Positions 19,016-28,169 of a stretch of 48,719 nucleotides of DNA are shown here, one piece after another. The notes beneath the pieces are model-generated. The model saw only the letters and a list, made by a program, of their open reading frames with translations. It made no database searches and was not told the DNA's origin. The position numbers were made by a program, and so were the translations under genes. The stretch covers positions 1 through 48,719 of the IMG/VR virus record IMGVR_UViG_3300027819_000018. One strand, written 5' to 3'. Numbering within the stretch: the first letter of the stretch is position 1; every line of letters begins with the position of its first letter. The stretch comes from a virus. Taxonomy: Duplodnaviria > Caudoviricetes.

Positions 19016-19257
19016 GGATTCACTCCTTTTGTAAGGTGTCCAACGTAACGATCGACGGAGGCGACCTCGGCATGCTCACCTTCCCGAATGCAAAATGCCG
19101 TTATTGCGGCAGGCTCTATGGGCTAAACGAAGAGGAATTGATGTCACTACCGACACAGATGGCTCGTTGCCCGAATGGCCGCGAGTTATCCTTGCGGGAA
19201 ACGATAGCGGGGCTGATACGGGGGTGCTTCAATTGTTGGGAGGGAAAACAGCGATGA
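19012..19257 (+). CDS. Cys-rich hypothetical protein
   Basis: ATGA overlaps at both ends; CRYCG. Confidence 0.55.
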   Translation: MRIHSFCKVSNVTIDGGDLGMLTFPNAKCRYCGRLYGLNEEELMSLPTQMARCPNGRELSLRETIAGLIRGCFNCWEGKQR

Positions 19258-20303
19258 GCCATATCACGATAGCCGGCCGCCAGATAGGGCCAGGAAACCC
19301 GGTATGGATAGTGGCCGAAATAGGAGCCAACGCCAGAACCTACTATGATGCGGAGCGCCTTATCATCGAAGCGCACGAAGCCGGGGCCGACGCGGTCAAG
19401 GTGCAGGCAATCCGACCAGACGGAATAACCCTCGATTGCGATAACGAGCACTTCCAAATCAAAGACGGGCCCTGGAAGGGGCGCACCCTGTGGGACCTGT
19501 ACGAGGAATGCGCCATGCCGTGGTTATGGTTCGATGGACTAAAGCGAGTGACCGAAGCGCTCGGGATGACGTTCTTTGCGTCGGTGTTCTGCAAAGAGAG
19601 TGTTGACTTCTGTGAGTCGTTGGGGATGCCCGCATACAAGATAGCCAGTTTTGAGCTGGTAGATTTGCCTCTCATTCGTTACGCCGCCAGCAAAGGGCGT
19701 CCGGTGATACTGTCAACGGGGATGGCAACGAAAGAGGAAATCAAGGAAGCGCTATGCCTGTTCAGGGGGCGCTCATCGTCTGAATATGATCCTGTGGCTG
19801 TTCTGCATTGCGTCAGCGCATACCCGGCTAATCCTGTTGATGCAAATCTAGAGAGGATAAGGGCGGATGGCGAGTTCTTTGTGATGGGCCTCTCCGACCA
19901 CACTCTCGGCATAGCCGTGCCCGTGGCCGCAGTGGCGCTCGGAGCCTGCATCATCGAGAAGCACCTGTGCCTGGACCGGAGCGCAGGCGGGCCGGATAGC
20001 GCCTTTTCCTTGGAGCCTGCCGAGTTCAAGGCGATGGTCGATGCGGTTAGGGTGGCAGAGCAGGCGATGGGAGAGGTGAAGTATGGAGCGACGGAATCAG
20101 AGCGAGCCAATTTGCAATTCAGGCGATCGTTATTCGTCGTTGCTGACGTCAGAGCAGGCGAACGATATAGCCCGGAGAATGTGCGCAGCATTAGGCCCGC
20201 ATCTGGCCTACACCCACGATTCTTTGATGAGGTTTGCGGACGCCGTGCGGCAAGAGATGTTGCGCGAGGAACGCCGTTGGGGTGGGAGATGGTAGCGAAG
20301 TAG
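19254..20303 (+). CDS. pseI: Pseudaminic acid synthase-like (NeuB family with SAF domain)
   Basis: IVAEIGAN, ADAVKVQ, YKIASFELVDLPLI, LSTGMA, LHCVSAYPA, GLSDHTLG, IIEKH, GPDSAFSLEP, FRRSLFVV, RSIRP..GLHP. Confidence 0.92.
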   Translation: MSHITIAGRQIGPGNPVWIVAEIGANARTYYDAERLIIEAHEAGADAVKVQAIRPDGITLDCDNEHFQIKDGPWKGRTLWDLYEECAMPWLWFDGLKRVTEALGMTFFASVFCKESVDFCESLGMPAYKIASFELVDLPLIRYAASKGRPVILSTGMATKEEIKEALCLFRGRSSSEYDPVAVLHCVSAYPANPVDANLERIRADGEFFVMGLSDHTLGIAVPVAAVALGACIIEKHLCLDRSAGGPDSAFSLEPAEFKAMVDAVRVAEQAMGEVKYGATESERANLQFRRSLFVVADVRAGERYSPENVRSIRPASGLHPRFFDEVCGRRAARDVARGTPLGWEMVAK

Positions 20304-20354
20304 GCCATTACGCCGAGAGGCGATGAGCGTAGATAGAAGGGGGAAAAGAGGAAA

Positions 20355-21272
20355 ATGGCTAGGAGTCCGTTTATTGAGAACTGGTTGGATCATCAGAAGG
20401 TCGATTGGCAGTACATTGCAGAGATGCCTATTGAGTCAATCGACAAAGAGAAGAGTTTAGCGAATCAATCTCGGTTAGGAGAAAAACTTGACAAGAACTA
20501 TGTTGACCGGCTCATTCAAGCCAAAATCGATCAAATGTTGATACCGGCGCTAATTGGCCATTATGAGGGGTCAAAGATAGTTCTGAACGACGGGAACCAC
20601 CGATTAGATGCAGCGGTTGCCGTAGGCGACAAGGCTATCGATGTCTACCTTATCAAGGGTGACGATTCACGGGGACAAGAGCGAATCACAAGAGCCGCTA
20701 ATTTGCCTGGATCAAAAGGGATGCCTCACGAGCATGTTATAGAACACGCCAAGTGGTATGTGCGAGATCGAGGATGGGCAATCAAGGCGGCAGCAGCATA
20801 TTGGGGGCTAAAAGAGTATGTTCTAAAAGCGGCACTTGATGTAGATGCAGCTAGGCTACGGATGGGGGAGTTAGGTGTATCAGAGAAAAAACATTCAGCA
20901 GCGATGATGATGCGCATTGCGGACATTCCGTCGAATCCTGTAGCTACAGAGATGGAGAAATTGGTTTCTGAGGCTCGGCTTACTGTCGAAGAAGCAAGTC
21001 CGCATATTTCTAAGGTGCGCCAAGCACGCAGTGATCTTGACGGGATCAAAATGGTGAAAGAATGGCGAAAGGGATATGCGGATCGCATCGGAGCTATACC
21101 GCCAGTTGGAACCAAAAAACCGTTACGATCCCTGACGCCAGAAAGGAAGTTTATGCGCGGATTGCGTCAGGTGGTTTGGGCATCGGAAGACTTATCTGAC
21201 TATATTCCGGGAAGTGATGCTATGGCTCTAATTGATGCTGCAATTGCAAGGTTAGTGAGGATGAGGAGATAG
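20355..21272 (+). CDS. ParB/Srx N-terminal-domain protein
   Basis: IVLNDGNHRLDAA ParB-like motif followed by helical/HTH region. Confidence 0.7.
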   Translation: MARSPFIENWLDHQKVDWQYIAEMPIESIDKEKSLANQSRLGEKLDKNYVDRLIQAKIDQMLIPALIGHYEGSKIVLNDGNHRLDAAVAVGDKAIDVYLIKGDDSRGQERITRAANLPGSKGMPHEHVIEHAKWYVRDRGWAIKAAAAYWGLKEYVLKAALDVDAARLRMGELGVSEKKHSAAMMMRIADIPSNPVATEMEKLVSEARLTVEEASPHISKVRQARSDLDGIKMVKEWRKGYADRIGAIPPVGTKKPLRSLTPERKFMRGLRQVVWASEDLSDYIPGSDAMALIDAAIARLVRMRR

Positions 21273-21279
21273 AGTAAGA

Positions 21280-21672
21280 ATGAGCAGTCTGACGAGAGGG
21301 CTAAGGCAACGGTTAAGATCGGTGCTAGCTGATGGTGAATGGCATTCAATGGTTGAATTGTTGAAGGCGTGTGACGGCTTGATTCGGCCAGAGGTGGCAT
21401 TCCGATCTGGCTCTAAGGCATTGAAAAATAGTTATAGAGCTGACTACATTGTTTTGATTGGCAAAGTGAGGACTATTCGCTTAGACCTTTGTAAAATTGG
21501 AGTAGATAGTGAAGGGCAAGGGCTAACAGCGCGATTTCGCTTAAAGGAGGAAAGGCGACTTGAAGATAGAACAGATAATAGTCTCGCAGCGGCGGCGCGA
21601 GGACTTGGGCGACTTGGCAGGACTGGCGGAGAGCATCGAGAGGTACGGACTGATTCACCCGATAGTGATTGA
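21280..21672 (+). CDS. Hypothetical protein (possible wHTH)
   Basis: VLADGEWHSMVELL; 3' end overlaps the next gene by ~110 bp. Confidence 0.5.
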   Translation: MSSLTRGLRQRLRSVLADGEWHSMVELLKACDGLIRPEVAFRSGSKALKNSYRADYIVLIGKVRTIRLDLCKIGVDSEGQGLTARFRLKEERRLEDRTDNSLAAAARGLGRLGRTGGEHREVRTDSPDSD

Positions 21673-22309
21673 TGCCTCCAACAACCTAGTAGCCGGTGAG
21701 CGTCGTCTCCGTGCCTGCCAAATTCTAGGCTGGAAAGAGATTGAGGTACGTCCATTCGGGGAACTGTCAGAAGCCGAGCGCCGAGAGATCGAGCTAGAGG
21801 AAAATCTACGGCACAAGGACTTGACGGAGAGTGAGCAGTCAAGGCTAATGACCCAAAGGGCTGACGTTGTGGCCGAAGTGCTACGCGAAAAAGCAGACGA
21901 GGAAGCAAGTCCATTATTCAACGTGAATGATAGACCTGCTGGGCCGCCTGCTAAACCTGACAGCCAAGAAAAGGTTGCTGACTATCTAGGGGTAAGCCAA
22001 TCGACTATCAGCCGAGCCCGCCAGCACGTCACGGCTGTTGAGCGACACCCTGAGCTAGTAGACAAATCTCAAGCCGAAGCACTTCGAGAAGCAAAGCGAT
22101 TGGAGGAACCGACGCCAAAACCGGTCGATACCAGCAAGGCTTGGCTCAAGAACCTGCGAATGTTCCGCGATGCCTTTGCCGAGATCGAGCAGGGCGGTGG
22201 CATCGGTCGCATTGCTCAGTCTTGGACTATTGAGGGCCGCAAGCAGATTCTTGACGAGATTGCCTACATTCAGGCTGAGTTTCAACGCTGGGTTAGCGTG
22301 TTGGCATAG
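21560..22309 (+). CDS. ParB/RepB/Spo0J-like protein
   Basis: LAESIERYGLIHPIVI...LVAGERRLRA...ELEENL.HKDL; HTH SQEKVADYLGVSQSTISR; TTG after AGGAGG. Confidence 0.88.
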   Translation: MKIEQIIVSQRRREDLGDLAGLAESIERYGLIHPIVIDASNNLVAGERRLRACQILGWKEIEVRPFGELSEAERREIELEENLRHKDLTESEQSRLMTQRADVVAEVLREKADEEASPLFNVNDRPAGPPAKPDSQEKVADYLGVSQSTISRARQHVTAVERHPELVDKSQAEALREAKRLEEPTPKPVDTSKAWLKNLRMFRDAFAEIEQGGGIGRIAQSWTIEGRKQILDEIAYIQAEFQRWVSVLA

Positions 22310-22312
22310 CGA

Positions 22313-22342
22313 GCCCGGTAGTCTCTGAACCGGCTACCGGGC
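22313..22342 (+). terminator. Hairpin after the ParB-like gene
   Basis: GCCCGGTAGTC-N8-GGCTACCGGGC; no U-tract. Confidence 0.4.
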
Positions 22343-22375
22343 ACCAAGGAATCAAGGCTAATTGAGGGTGGTGGA

Positions 22376-22579
22376 ATGATACAAGCGACTACGGGCGCAA
22401 TTGGGCTGATATGCCCTAACTGCAGGGCCGATGAATCGGTGTGGCTGCACCAGCGGCTCAAGAGCTACAGAGGCAGGCCGCCTATTCATAAATGCCACAA
22501 TTGCAAGAATTTTTTTACCGAGCCGCTGGCCGACTTACTGCGGGAAGCAGGAGGGCTTGACAAGCCAGCAGGCGGGTGA
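22376..22579 (+). CDS. Zinc-ribbon protein
   Basis: CPNC...HKCHNCKNFF. Confidence 0.6.
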   Translation: MIQATTGAIGLICPNCRADESVWLHQRLKSYRGRPPIHKCHNCKNFFTEPLADLLREAGGLDKPAGG

Positions 22580-22585
22580 TAGACT
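22557..22585 (+). promoter_or_regulatory. Putative late promoter
   Basis: TTGACA(22557)-N17-TAGACT(22580) with TGn extension. Confidence 0.7.
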
Positions 22586-22631
22586 TTACATAGTTAAATA
22601 TACCAGCCTTTAGTGCCAGTAGTCTGGATTG

Positions 22632-22676
22632 AGGCGCAGCTTCCCCTTTCGGGTGGGCTGCGCCTTTTGGCATTTT
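22632..22676 (+). terminator. Intrinsic terminator in the late leader
   Basis: AGGCGCAGC...GCTGCGCCT stem followed by TTTGGCATTTT. Confidence 0.65.
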
Positions 22677-22695
22677 CGTGGAGTGGTGATGCGAC

Positions 22696-22884
22696 GTGCC
22701 ACAAGTCGAGCGATGTCCACGGTGCGGATACGGGCAGGTGATTGTGTTCTGGGGCTGGCGGCAGTGTGTCCAGTGTGGATGGGAAATTGTTGAACACCAT
22801 GACTCTGAATTACAAGGGTGGCAGCCCAAACAACCGAGGCGGCAGCAAGGCCAATCGAGTCAATTTCGAGATCATCAAAGCTAG
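22696..22884 (+). CDS. Small zinc-finger ORF
   Basis: CPRCG...CVQCG; overlaps the terS start. Confidence 0.35.
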   Translation: MPQVERCPRCGYGQVIVFWGWRQCVQCGWEIVEHHDSELQGWQPKQPRRQQGQSSQFRDHQS

Positions 22885-23314
22885 GCGTCGGCTGGTAGCT
22901 TCCCTTCGGCTGCGCGGACTGAGCCAATATGAGATACACGCGATGTTCGGAAAGTCGGAATTAGCGGGAAGCAAGAACCCCAAGGATGGTAAGCCGTGGT
23001 CTATCGGCACTGTCAACGCCGACTGCCAAGCGCTAGAGCGTCAGTGGCACGCCGAATCCCTGGAGGATACCAACCGGCTCAAAGCCAAAGTGCTAGCCGA
23101 GTTGCGAGAAGCCCGGCGCAAGGCGTGGCAGGACGGCGATCTGAAATGGGTACTGCAATCACTCAAGCAGGAGTGCGAGCTGCTGGGCCTGGATGCCCCG
23201 ACCAAAATAGACATAGAGACCCGCATCCGAATAATGGCCGAGGCCGAGGGGCTGGACCCGGACGAGGTTCTGAAGGAAGCGCAAAGGATAATGAATGCCG
23301 CTCGTAGTCGATAG
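22799..23314 (+). CDS. Terminase small subunit (putative)
   Basis: RRRLVASLRLRGLSQYEI HTH; ELLGLDAPTKID motif; immediately upstream of terL. Confidence 0.75.
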   Translation: MTLNYKGGSPNNRGGSKANRVNFEIIKARRRLVASLRLRGLSQYEIHAMFGKSELAGSKNPKDGKPWSIGTVNADCQALERQWHAESLEDTNRLKAKVLAELREARRKAWQDGDLKWVLQSLKQECELLGLDAPTKIDIETRIRIMAEAEGLDPDEVLKEAQRIMNAARSR

Positions 23315-24815
23315 GGCGCAAGCTGACATAACGATAACCGAGGCTATCCTGCGGGTAAAGGCCAGACATCAGAACCGCCAACTTGGCGGCTCAACCGACG
23401 GCCTCGACGCCGACTGGCGCACCTGGCTGACGTCCCTCTTCCCCGGCTACGTGCAGCACGGCTTTGCCGCGCACCACGTCGACCTATGGGAGTGGGTTTG
23501 GTCGCTAGTGAAGGGCACGCGCTCAGCGCCCTTCGTGGCTATCTGGCCAAGAGGCGGGGCGAAGTCGACCAGCGCAGAGATGGCTTGCGCGGCACTGGCT
23601 GCCAGGAAGGCCAGGCGCTACGTGCTGTACGTTTGCCAGACGCAGGACCAAAGTGATGACCACGTGCAGAACATCGCCGGAATGCTCGAATCCTCGAACG
23701 TCGAGCGGCACTATCCCGAGCTAGCTAGCAGGCTTGTCGGCAAGTACGGCAACAGCAAGGGCTGGCGTAGGAACAGGCTTAGAACCGCTTCTGGCTTCAC
23801 CGTGGATGCCATCGGGCTAGACTCCGCCGCACGCGGGGCCAAGCTGGACGAGGATCGGCCCGACCTGATGGTATTCGACGACCTCGACTCCGAGCTAGAT
23901 AGCGCAGTCACTACTCAGAAGAAGATCCTCACGCTCACTCGCAAGCTGATACCCGCCGGCGCTGCCGACCTAGCTATCCTGGCCATTCAGAACCTGGTCC
24001 ACCCCGATTCGATATTCTCGCGTCTGTGCGATGGGCGGGCCGACTTCATGGCCGATAGGATAGTCTCAGGGCCACACCCGGCGTTGCATAACATCGCCTA
24101 CGAGCAGAAGAACGGTAAATATGTCCTGGTAGCGGGTGAGCCAACTTGGGAGGGGATGAGCCTGGCTCGCTGTCAGGAAATGGTTGACGATATGGGGCTC
24201 TCGGCATTTCTTGCGGAATGCCAGCACTCGGTAGAGGCACCGCCGGGCGGTATGTTTGACCACCTTGATTTTCTCCACTGCAAGTGGGACGAACTGCCGG
24301 AACTGGTTAGGATAGTGGTGTGGGCGGACCCGGCGGTGACCTCTACCGACGATAGCGATGCACACGGCATACAAGCTGATGGCCTGGGCGTGGACGGCAA
24401 GTTGTACCGGCTGTGGTCCTGGGAGGATAGGACTTCTCCCGAGGACTGTCTGAAGCGGGCCATCCGTAAGGCCGTGGAGCTCAAGGCCGAGAGCGTCGGC
24501 GTCGAGACCGACCAGGGGGGCGACGCCTGGCAGTCGGTCTACAAGCAGGCGGTGCAGGACTTGAAGCTCGAACGACCGCCGAAGTTCCGCAGCGAAAAGG
24601 CCGGGGCGGGCCACGGGCCGAAGGCCGAGCGGGCTAGCCGTATGCTGGTGGACTACGAGCGGGGAAGGATCGTGCACGTCCTGGGCACGCACCAGATACT
24701 AGAGCGGGCCTTGCGGCGCTTTCCCAAGACTAAGCCCTTTGACTTGACCGACGCCTGCTATTGGGGCTGGAACGATTTAATGAGGGCTAAGAAAATACCC
24801 TACGGGGGACGATGA
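23295..24815 (+). CDS. terL: Terminase large subunit
   Basis: PRGGAKST Walker A; LMVFDD Walker B; VWADPA and D..DA RNase H-like nuclease motifs. Confidence 0.9.
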   Translation: MPLVVDRAQADITITEAILRVKARHQNRQLGGSTDGLDADWRTWLTSLFPGYVQHGFAAHHVDLWEWVWSLVKGTRSAPFVAIWPRGGAKSTSAEMACAALAARKARRYVLYVCQTQDQSDDHVQNIAGMLESSNVERHYPELASRLVGKYGNSKGWRRNRLRTASGFTVDAIGLDSAARGAKLDEDRPDLMVFDDLDSELDSAVTTQKKILTLTRKLIPAGAADLAILAIQNLVHPDSIFSRLCDGRADFMADRIVSGPHPALHNIAYEQKNGKYVLVAGEPTWEGMSLARCQEMVDDMGLSAFLAECQHSVEAPPGGMFDHLDFLHCKWDELPELVRIVVWADPAVTSTDDSDAHGIQADGLGVDGKLYRLWSWEDRTSPEDCLKRAIRKAVELKAESVGVETDQGGDAWQSVYKQAVQDLKLERPPKFRSEKAGAGHGPKAERASRMLVDYERGRIVHVLGTHQILERALRRFPKTKPFDLTDACYWGWNDLMRAKKIPYGGR

Positions 24816-26914
24816 CAATGCTCGACCGACTAAGAACCGCCATATCCACTCTAGGCCGCACGACCAAGGCCGCGGCCAACCGGACCATATCGCTGGTATC
24901 CTCCTATCTCTATGACGCCAAATGGCTCATCGACACCACCTGGACCAGCCTCATCAAGGAGACCTACGGCAAAAACTCGGTGGTCTATGCCTGCATCAAG
25001 GAGCTGTGCCGGGGCGTGCCGGAAGCGACGCTCAGAGCCTACACCGGCGAGGACGACGACAAGAAGGCGCTGGACCGCCAACACGAGCTGATGCAACTTA
25101 TCCGCCGACCCAACGAGCTGATGACCGAGTACGAGATGTTGGAGCTGGCTACCATCCACCTGGCCGTAGTCGGTAAGACCGTCTGGTGGAAGGAGCGCAA
25201 TAACCTGGGCCGACCGATAGCATTATGGCCGCTCAGGCCGGACCGAGTAGGGCCTATCTACGCGCCGCTCGACGGCAAGCCGGGGCAAAAGCTGTTAGCG
25301 GGCTGGTCCTACCAGGACCCGACGACCGGGGGCTACATCGGCATCCCGAGGCGCGATACCTTCACCATCAATTTCCCCGACCCGGACGGCGAGAGCGGCG
25401 GCATCGTCGAAGGGCTGGGGCCGCTCTCGGTGCTCTCGCGCGAGGTGGCCGCCGACAACAAAGCCACCGAGCACGTCGGGGCGCTGATGGCCAACCACGC
25501 TCAGCCGACGGTAGTTATACTGGTCAAGGAGTCGGGGCTCACCGAGGAAGATGCCAAGCTCATCAAGGCCAAGTTCCGCTCCGACTTCGGAGGCAGCAAC
25601 CTAGGCACGCCAGGGGTAATGGACGGCGAGAGCGACGTTAAGATACTCGGCTTCTCGCTCAAAGACCTGGAGTTTCCCGGGCTACGCGACAACGCCGAAG
25701 CGAGGATCTGCTCGGTGCTCGGCGTGCCTGCCGTGCTCGCGGGCGTACACGTGGGGCTGAAAGAATCCAACCAGCGGGCTACTACCAAGGAGCTGCGCGA
25801 ATACTTCACCGAGACGACCCTCTCCGCCTACTGGCGCCGCTACGCCGACCAGTTCACCTTAGAGCTAGCCGCCGACTTTGGCGAGGGCATCTACTGCGAG
25901 TTCGATACCTCCACGGTCAAGGCCCTGGCCGGACAGCGCTTAGAGGCCATGCAGCCTATCAAGGAAGGCTTTGCGGCCGGTATCGTGATGGTCAACCAGT
26001 ACCGCGAGAAGCTGTCCCTGCCGTCACTACCTCCAGAGTACGGCGAGGTGTTCTACATTCCCAACAGTGTGACGGTGGTCCCGGCGACCGACGCGGCCAA
26101 GGCGGTGCTCGACCAGCGGGCACAGGAGAATATCGAGCGGCAGCAGGAGCGGATGGCCTTGCAGGAGCCGAGACCGGAAGAGGGCGAGGGAAGGGACGAC
26201 GAAGCGCAGAAGCCGACCAAATCCATCAAGGCCGTCGACCCGCGCGAGGAAGCCGAGCGACGGCTACAGAAGGCCCTTGAAGCCCTATTTTCCAAGCTGG
26301 CGTCTGACATCGCCGGGAAGATCGTCAAGGGCGAGGCGGTAGATGATACATTCCTGGCGGTGGCCTTCGGCTCTGTCATCGAGCCGCAACTAGTAGAGGC
26401 GGCCACGGCCGAGGGGATACGGATAGCGGCGGAGGTGGTAGTTGCCTTCGATCCCGCCGTGATTAACCAGGCTGCGGTGGATTGGGCTAGAGCGCATGCG
26501 GGGGAGATGATACCCAAAATAGCCGAAACTACTCGTAAGGCCGTGGGCGACACCGTTGCTAAGTACGCAGCCACGCCGGGGATGACCAGGGGCGAACTAG
26601 AAGCGATGCTCAGGCAGAGCGGCTTCAGCGCTGTTCGAGCCGAGGCTATCGCGGTATCTGAGGTTACCGATGCCTACTCAGCCGCTACAGATTCTTACCA
26701 GGCAATGCTCAAGGAAGCGGGCTTGGACATGGAGCGCGTCTGGCATGCCAGTGGGGATGAACTGGTCTGTCCGCTTTGCGGTCCGCTTAACAACAAGCCG
26801 GAGTCTGAATGGGAAAAGGCATCACCGGGGACAGGAACGAAGGGGCCTAAGCGGCACGTGCGCTGTAGGTGTAAGACGACGTTACGGATGAGGAAGGGCC
26901 AACCCAATGCCTAA
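24812..26914 (+). CDS. HK97-type portal protein fused to Mu gpF-like minor head domain
   Basis: VYACI, LWPLRPDRV, GLGPL, ICSVLGVP portal motifs; RAEAIAVSEV, WHASGDELVCPLC and RHVRCRC MuF motifs. Confidence 0.88.
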   Translation: MTMLDRLRTAISTLGRTTKAAANRTISLVSSYLYDAKWLIDTTWTSLIKETYGKNSVVYACIKELCRGVPEATLRAYTGEDDDKKALDRQHELMQLIRRPNELMTEYEMLELATIHLAVVGKTVWWKERNNLGRPIALWPLRPDRVGPIYAPLDGKPGQKLLAGWSYQDPTTGGYIGIPRRDTFTINFPDPDGESGGIVEGLGPLSVLSREVAADNKATEHVGALMANHAQPTVVILVKESGLTEEDAKLIKAKFRSDFGGSNLGTPGVMDGESDVKILGFSLKDLEFPGLRDNAEARICSVLGVPAVLAGVHVGLKESNQRATTKELREYFTETTLSAYWRRYADQFTLELAADFGEGIYCEFDTSTVKALAGQRLEAMQPIKEGFAAGIVMVNQYREKLSLPSLPPEYGEVFYIPNSVTVVPATDAAKAVLDQRAQENIERQQERMALQEPRPEEGEGRDDEAQKPTKSIKAVDPREEAERRLQKALEALFSKLASDIAGKIVKGEAVDDTFLAVAFGSVIEPQLVEAATAEGIRIAAEVVVAFDPAVINQAAVDWARAHAGEMIPKIAETTRKAVGDTVAKYAATPGMTRGELEAMLRQSGFSAVRAEAIAVSEVTDAYSAATDSYQAMLKEAGLDMERVWHASGDELVCPLCGPLNNKPESEWEKASPGTGTKGPKRHVRCRCKTTLRMRKGQPNA

Positions 26915-27098
26915 ACTGCCTGCCTATCTGAATGTTTCGGGCGCTCGCATAGTTGATAATCGCTTCGAGCTATCCGTCAAGCTGAATGCCAAACACCCCG
27001 CTCTCTGGCGCGAGTTGTGGTACTGGCTGGACATCAAGCCACGCTGGCTCAAGCCGATAGCTTGGGTTTGGATGATTTGGAGGTTAGGAAGGGGATGA
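26907..27098 (+). CDS. Trp-rich hypothetical protein
   Basis: Overlapping, coupled ORF. Confidence 0.55.
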   Translation: MPKLPAYLNVSGARIVDNRFELSVKLNAKHPALWRELWYWLDIKPRWLKPIAWVWMIWRLGRG

Positions 27099-27631
27099 CG
27101 TGTATTGTTGGACTTGTCGATAATGGCAAGGTTTACGTGGGTGGTGATAGCGCCGGGGTGGCGGGTTGGAACTTGACAGTCCGCGCAGATCAGAAGGTAT
27201 TCAAGAATGGCTCGATGATTATGGGTTTTACATCGTCGTTTAGGATGGGGCAGTTACTGCGTCACGCTTTTACTGTGCCCGATCACGACCCAAGGACTGA
27301 CATTGATAAATACATGGTCACGACATTCATCAATGCAGTCCGTCAGTGCCTCAAGGATGGGGGGATGGCCAGCAAGAGCAATGAGGTAGAGCAAGGGGGC
27401 TGCTTCTTGGTAGGCTACCGGGGGCAGTTATTCGAGATTGATTCCGATTATCAGGTAGGCAAGCCCATTGATGGTTTTGCGGCTGTTGGCTGTGGCGCAC
27501 AGGTAGCACACGGGGCGCTTTATGCTACATCGGAACTGGACCCGAGAAAGCGTGTCTTATTGGCTCTCGAAGCTGCTGAGCGATTTAGTGCCGGGGTGCG
27601 CGGACCGTTCATAGTTGAGGTATCCTCATGA
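27095..27631 (+). CDS. HslV/proteasome-beta-like Ntn-hydrolase peptidase
   Basis: N-terminal MTCIVG (Thr nucleophile), GGDS, KVF, AVGCG...A.GAL, ALEAA. Confidence 0.8.
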   Translation: MTCIVGLVDNGKVYVGGDSAGVAGWNLTVRADQKVFKNGSMIMGFTSSFRMGQLLRHAFTVPDHDPRTDIDKYMVTTFINAVRQCLKDGGMASKSNEVEQGGCFLVGYRGQLFEIDSDYQVGKPIDGFAAVGCGAQVAHGALYATSELDPRKRVLLALEAAERFSAGVRGPFIVEVSS

Positions 27632-27957
27632 CCCGCTGGCAGAAAATAGCTGATGATCTATCGCGGCTGGCCCGAGACCAACAAGGCAAGCCGGAAGGCG
27701 AAGCGGCTAGGGCAAAGTTGACCGAAATCATAAAGAACCACCCAGAAGCGCGGCACTATGAGCCGGTAGCACGTCTGATCGAGGACGACATTCTCACCAA
27801 TCAAGACCTGGCCTTCATAGCGCGGAACCGCGTCAGCCTTGAGGGAACGTGGACGGCGGACAGCGTAGAAGGCGCTATGAAGATGATGCAGGCAGTGTTA
27901 GCGGGACGGATACGCGAGTTCAAGAGTAGGGCAAGGCTGGAGGCGAAAAGCCAATGA
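27628..27957 (+). CDS. Hypothetical protein
   Basis: ATGA-coupled ORF. Confidence 0.55.
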   Translation: MTRWQKIADDLSRLARDQQGKPEGEAARAKLTEIIKNHPEARHYEPVARLIEDDILTNQDLAFIARNRVSLEGTWTADSVEGAMKMMQAVLAGRIREFKSRARLEAKSQ

Positions 27958-28169
27958 AGTTCCGCCTAGAGCGTAGAACAATAAGCACAAAAGATACTGA
28001 ATGGAATGCACAATGCCTGAGATGCGGGCGCAAGATATATGACACCATGCAGCAGAAGGCGATTGCCAACTTCGTAGGGGACAAGTGTATTAACGTGCTC
28101 TGCTGGGATTGCGCTGGGTTGATGGGCGAAGACATTATGAATTATACCAGAAGGGTGTTGCAGCAATGA
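27954..28169 (+). CDS. Small zinc-binding hypothetical protein
   Basis: CLRCG...LCWDC. Confidence 0.55.
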   Translation: MKFRLERRTISTKDTEWNAQCLRCGRKIYDTMQQKAIANFVGDKCINVLCWDCAGLMGEDIMNYTRRVLQQ

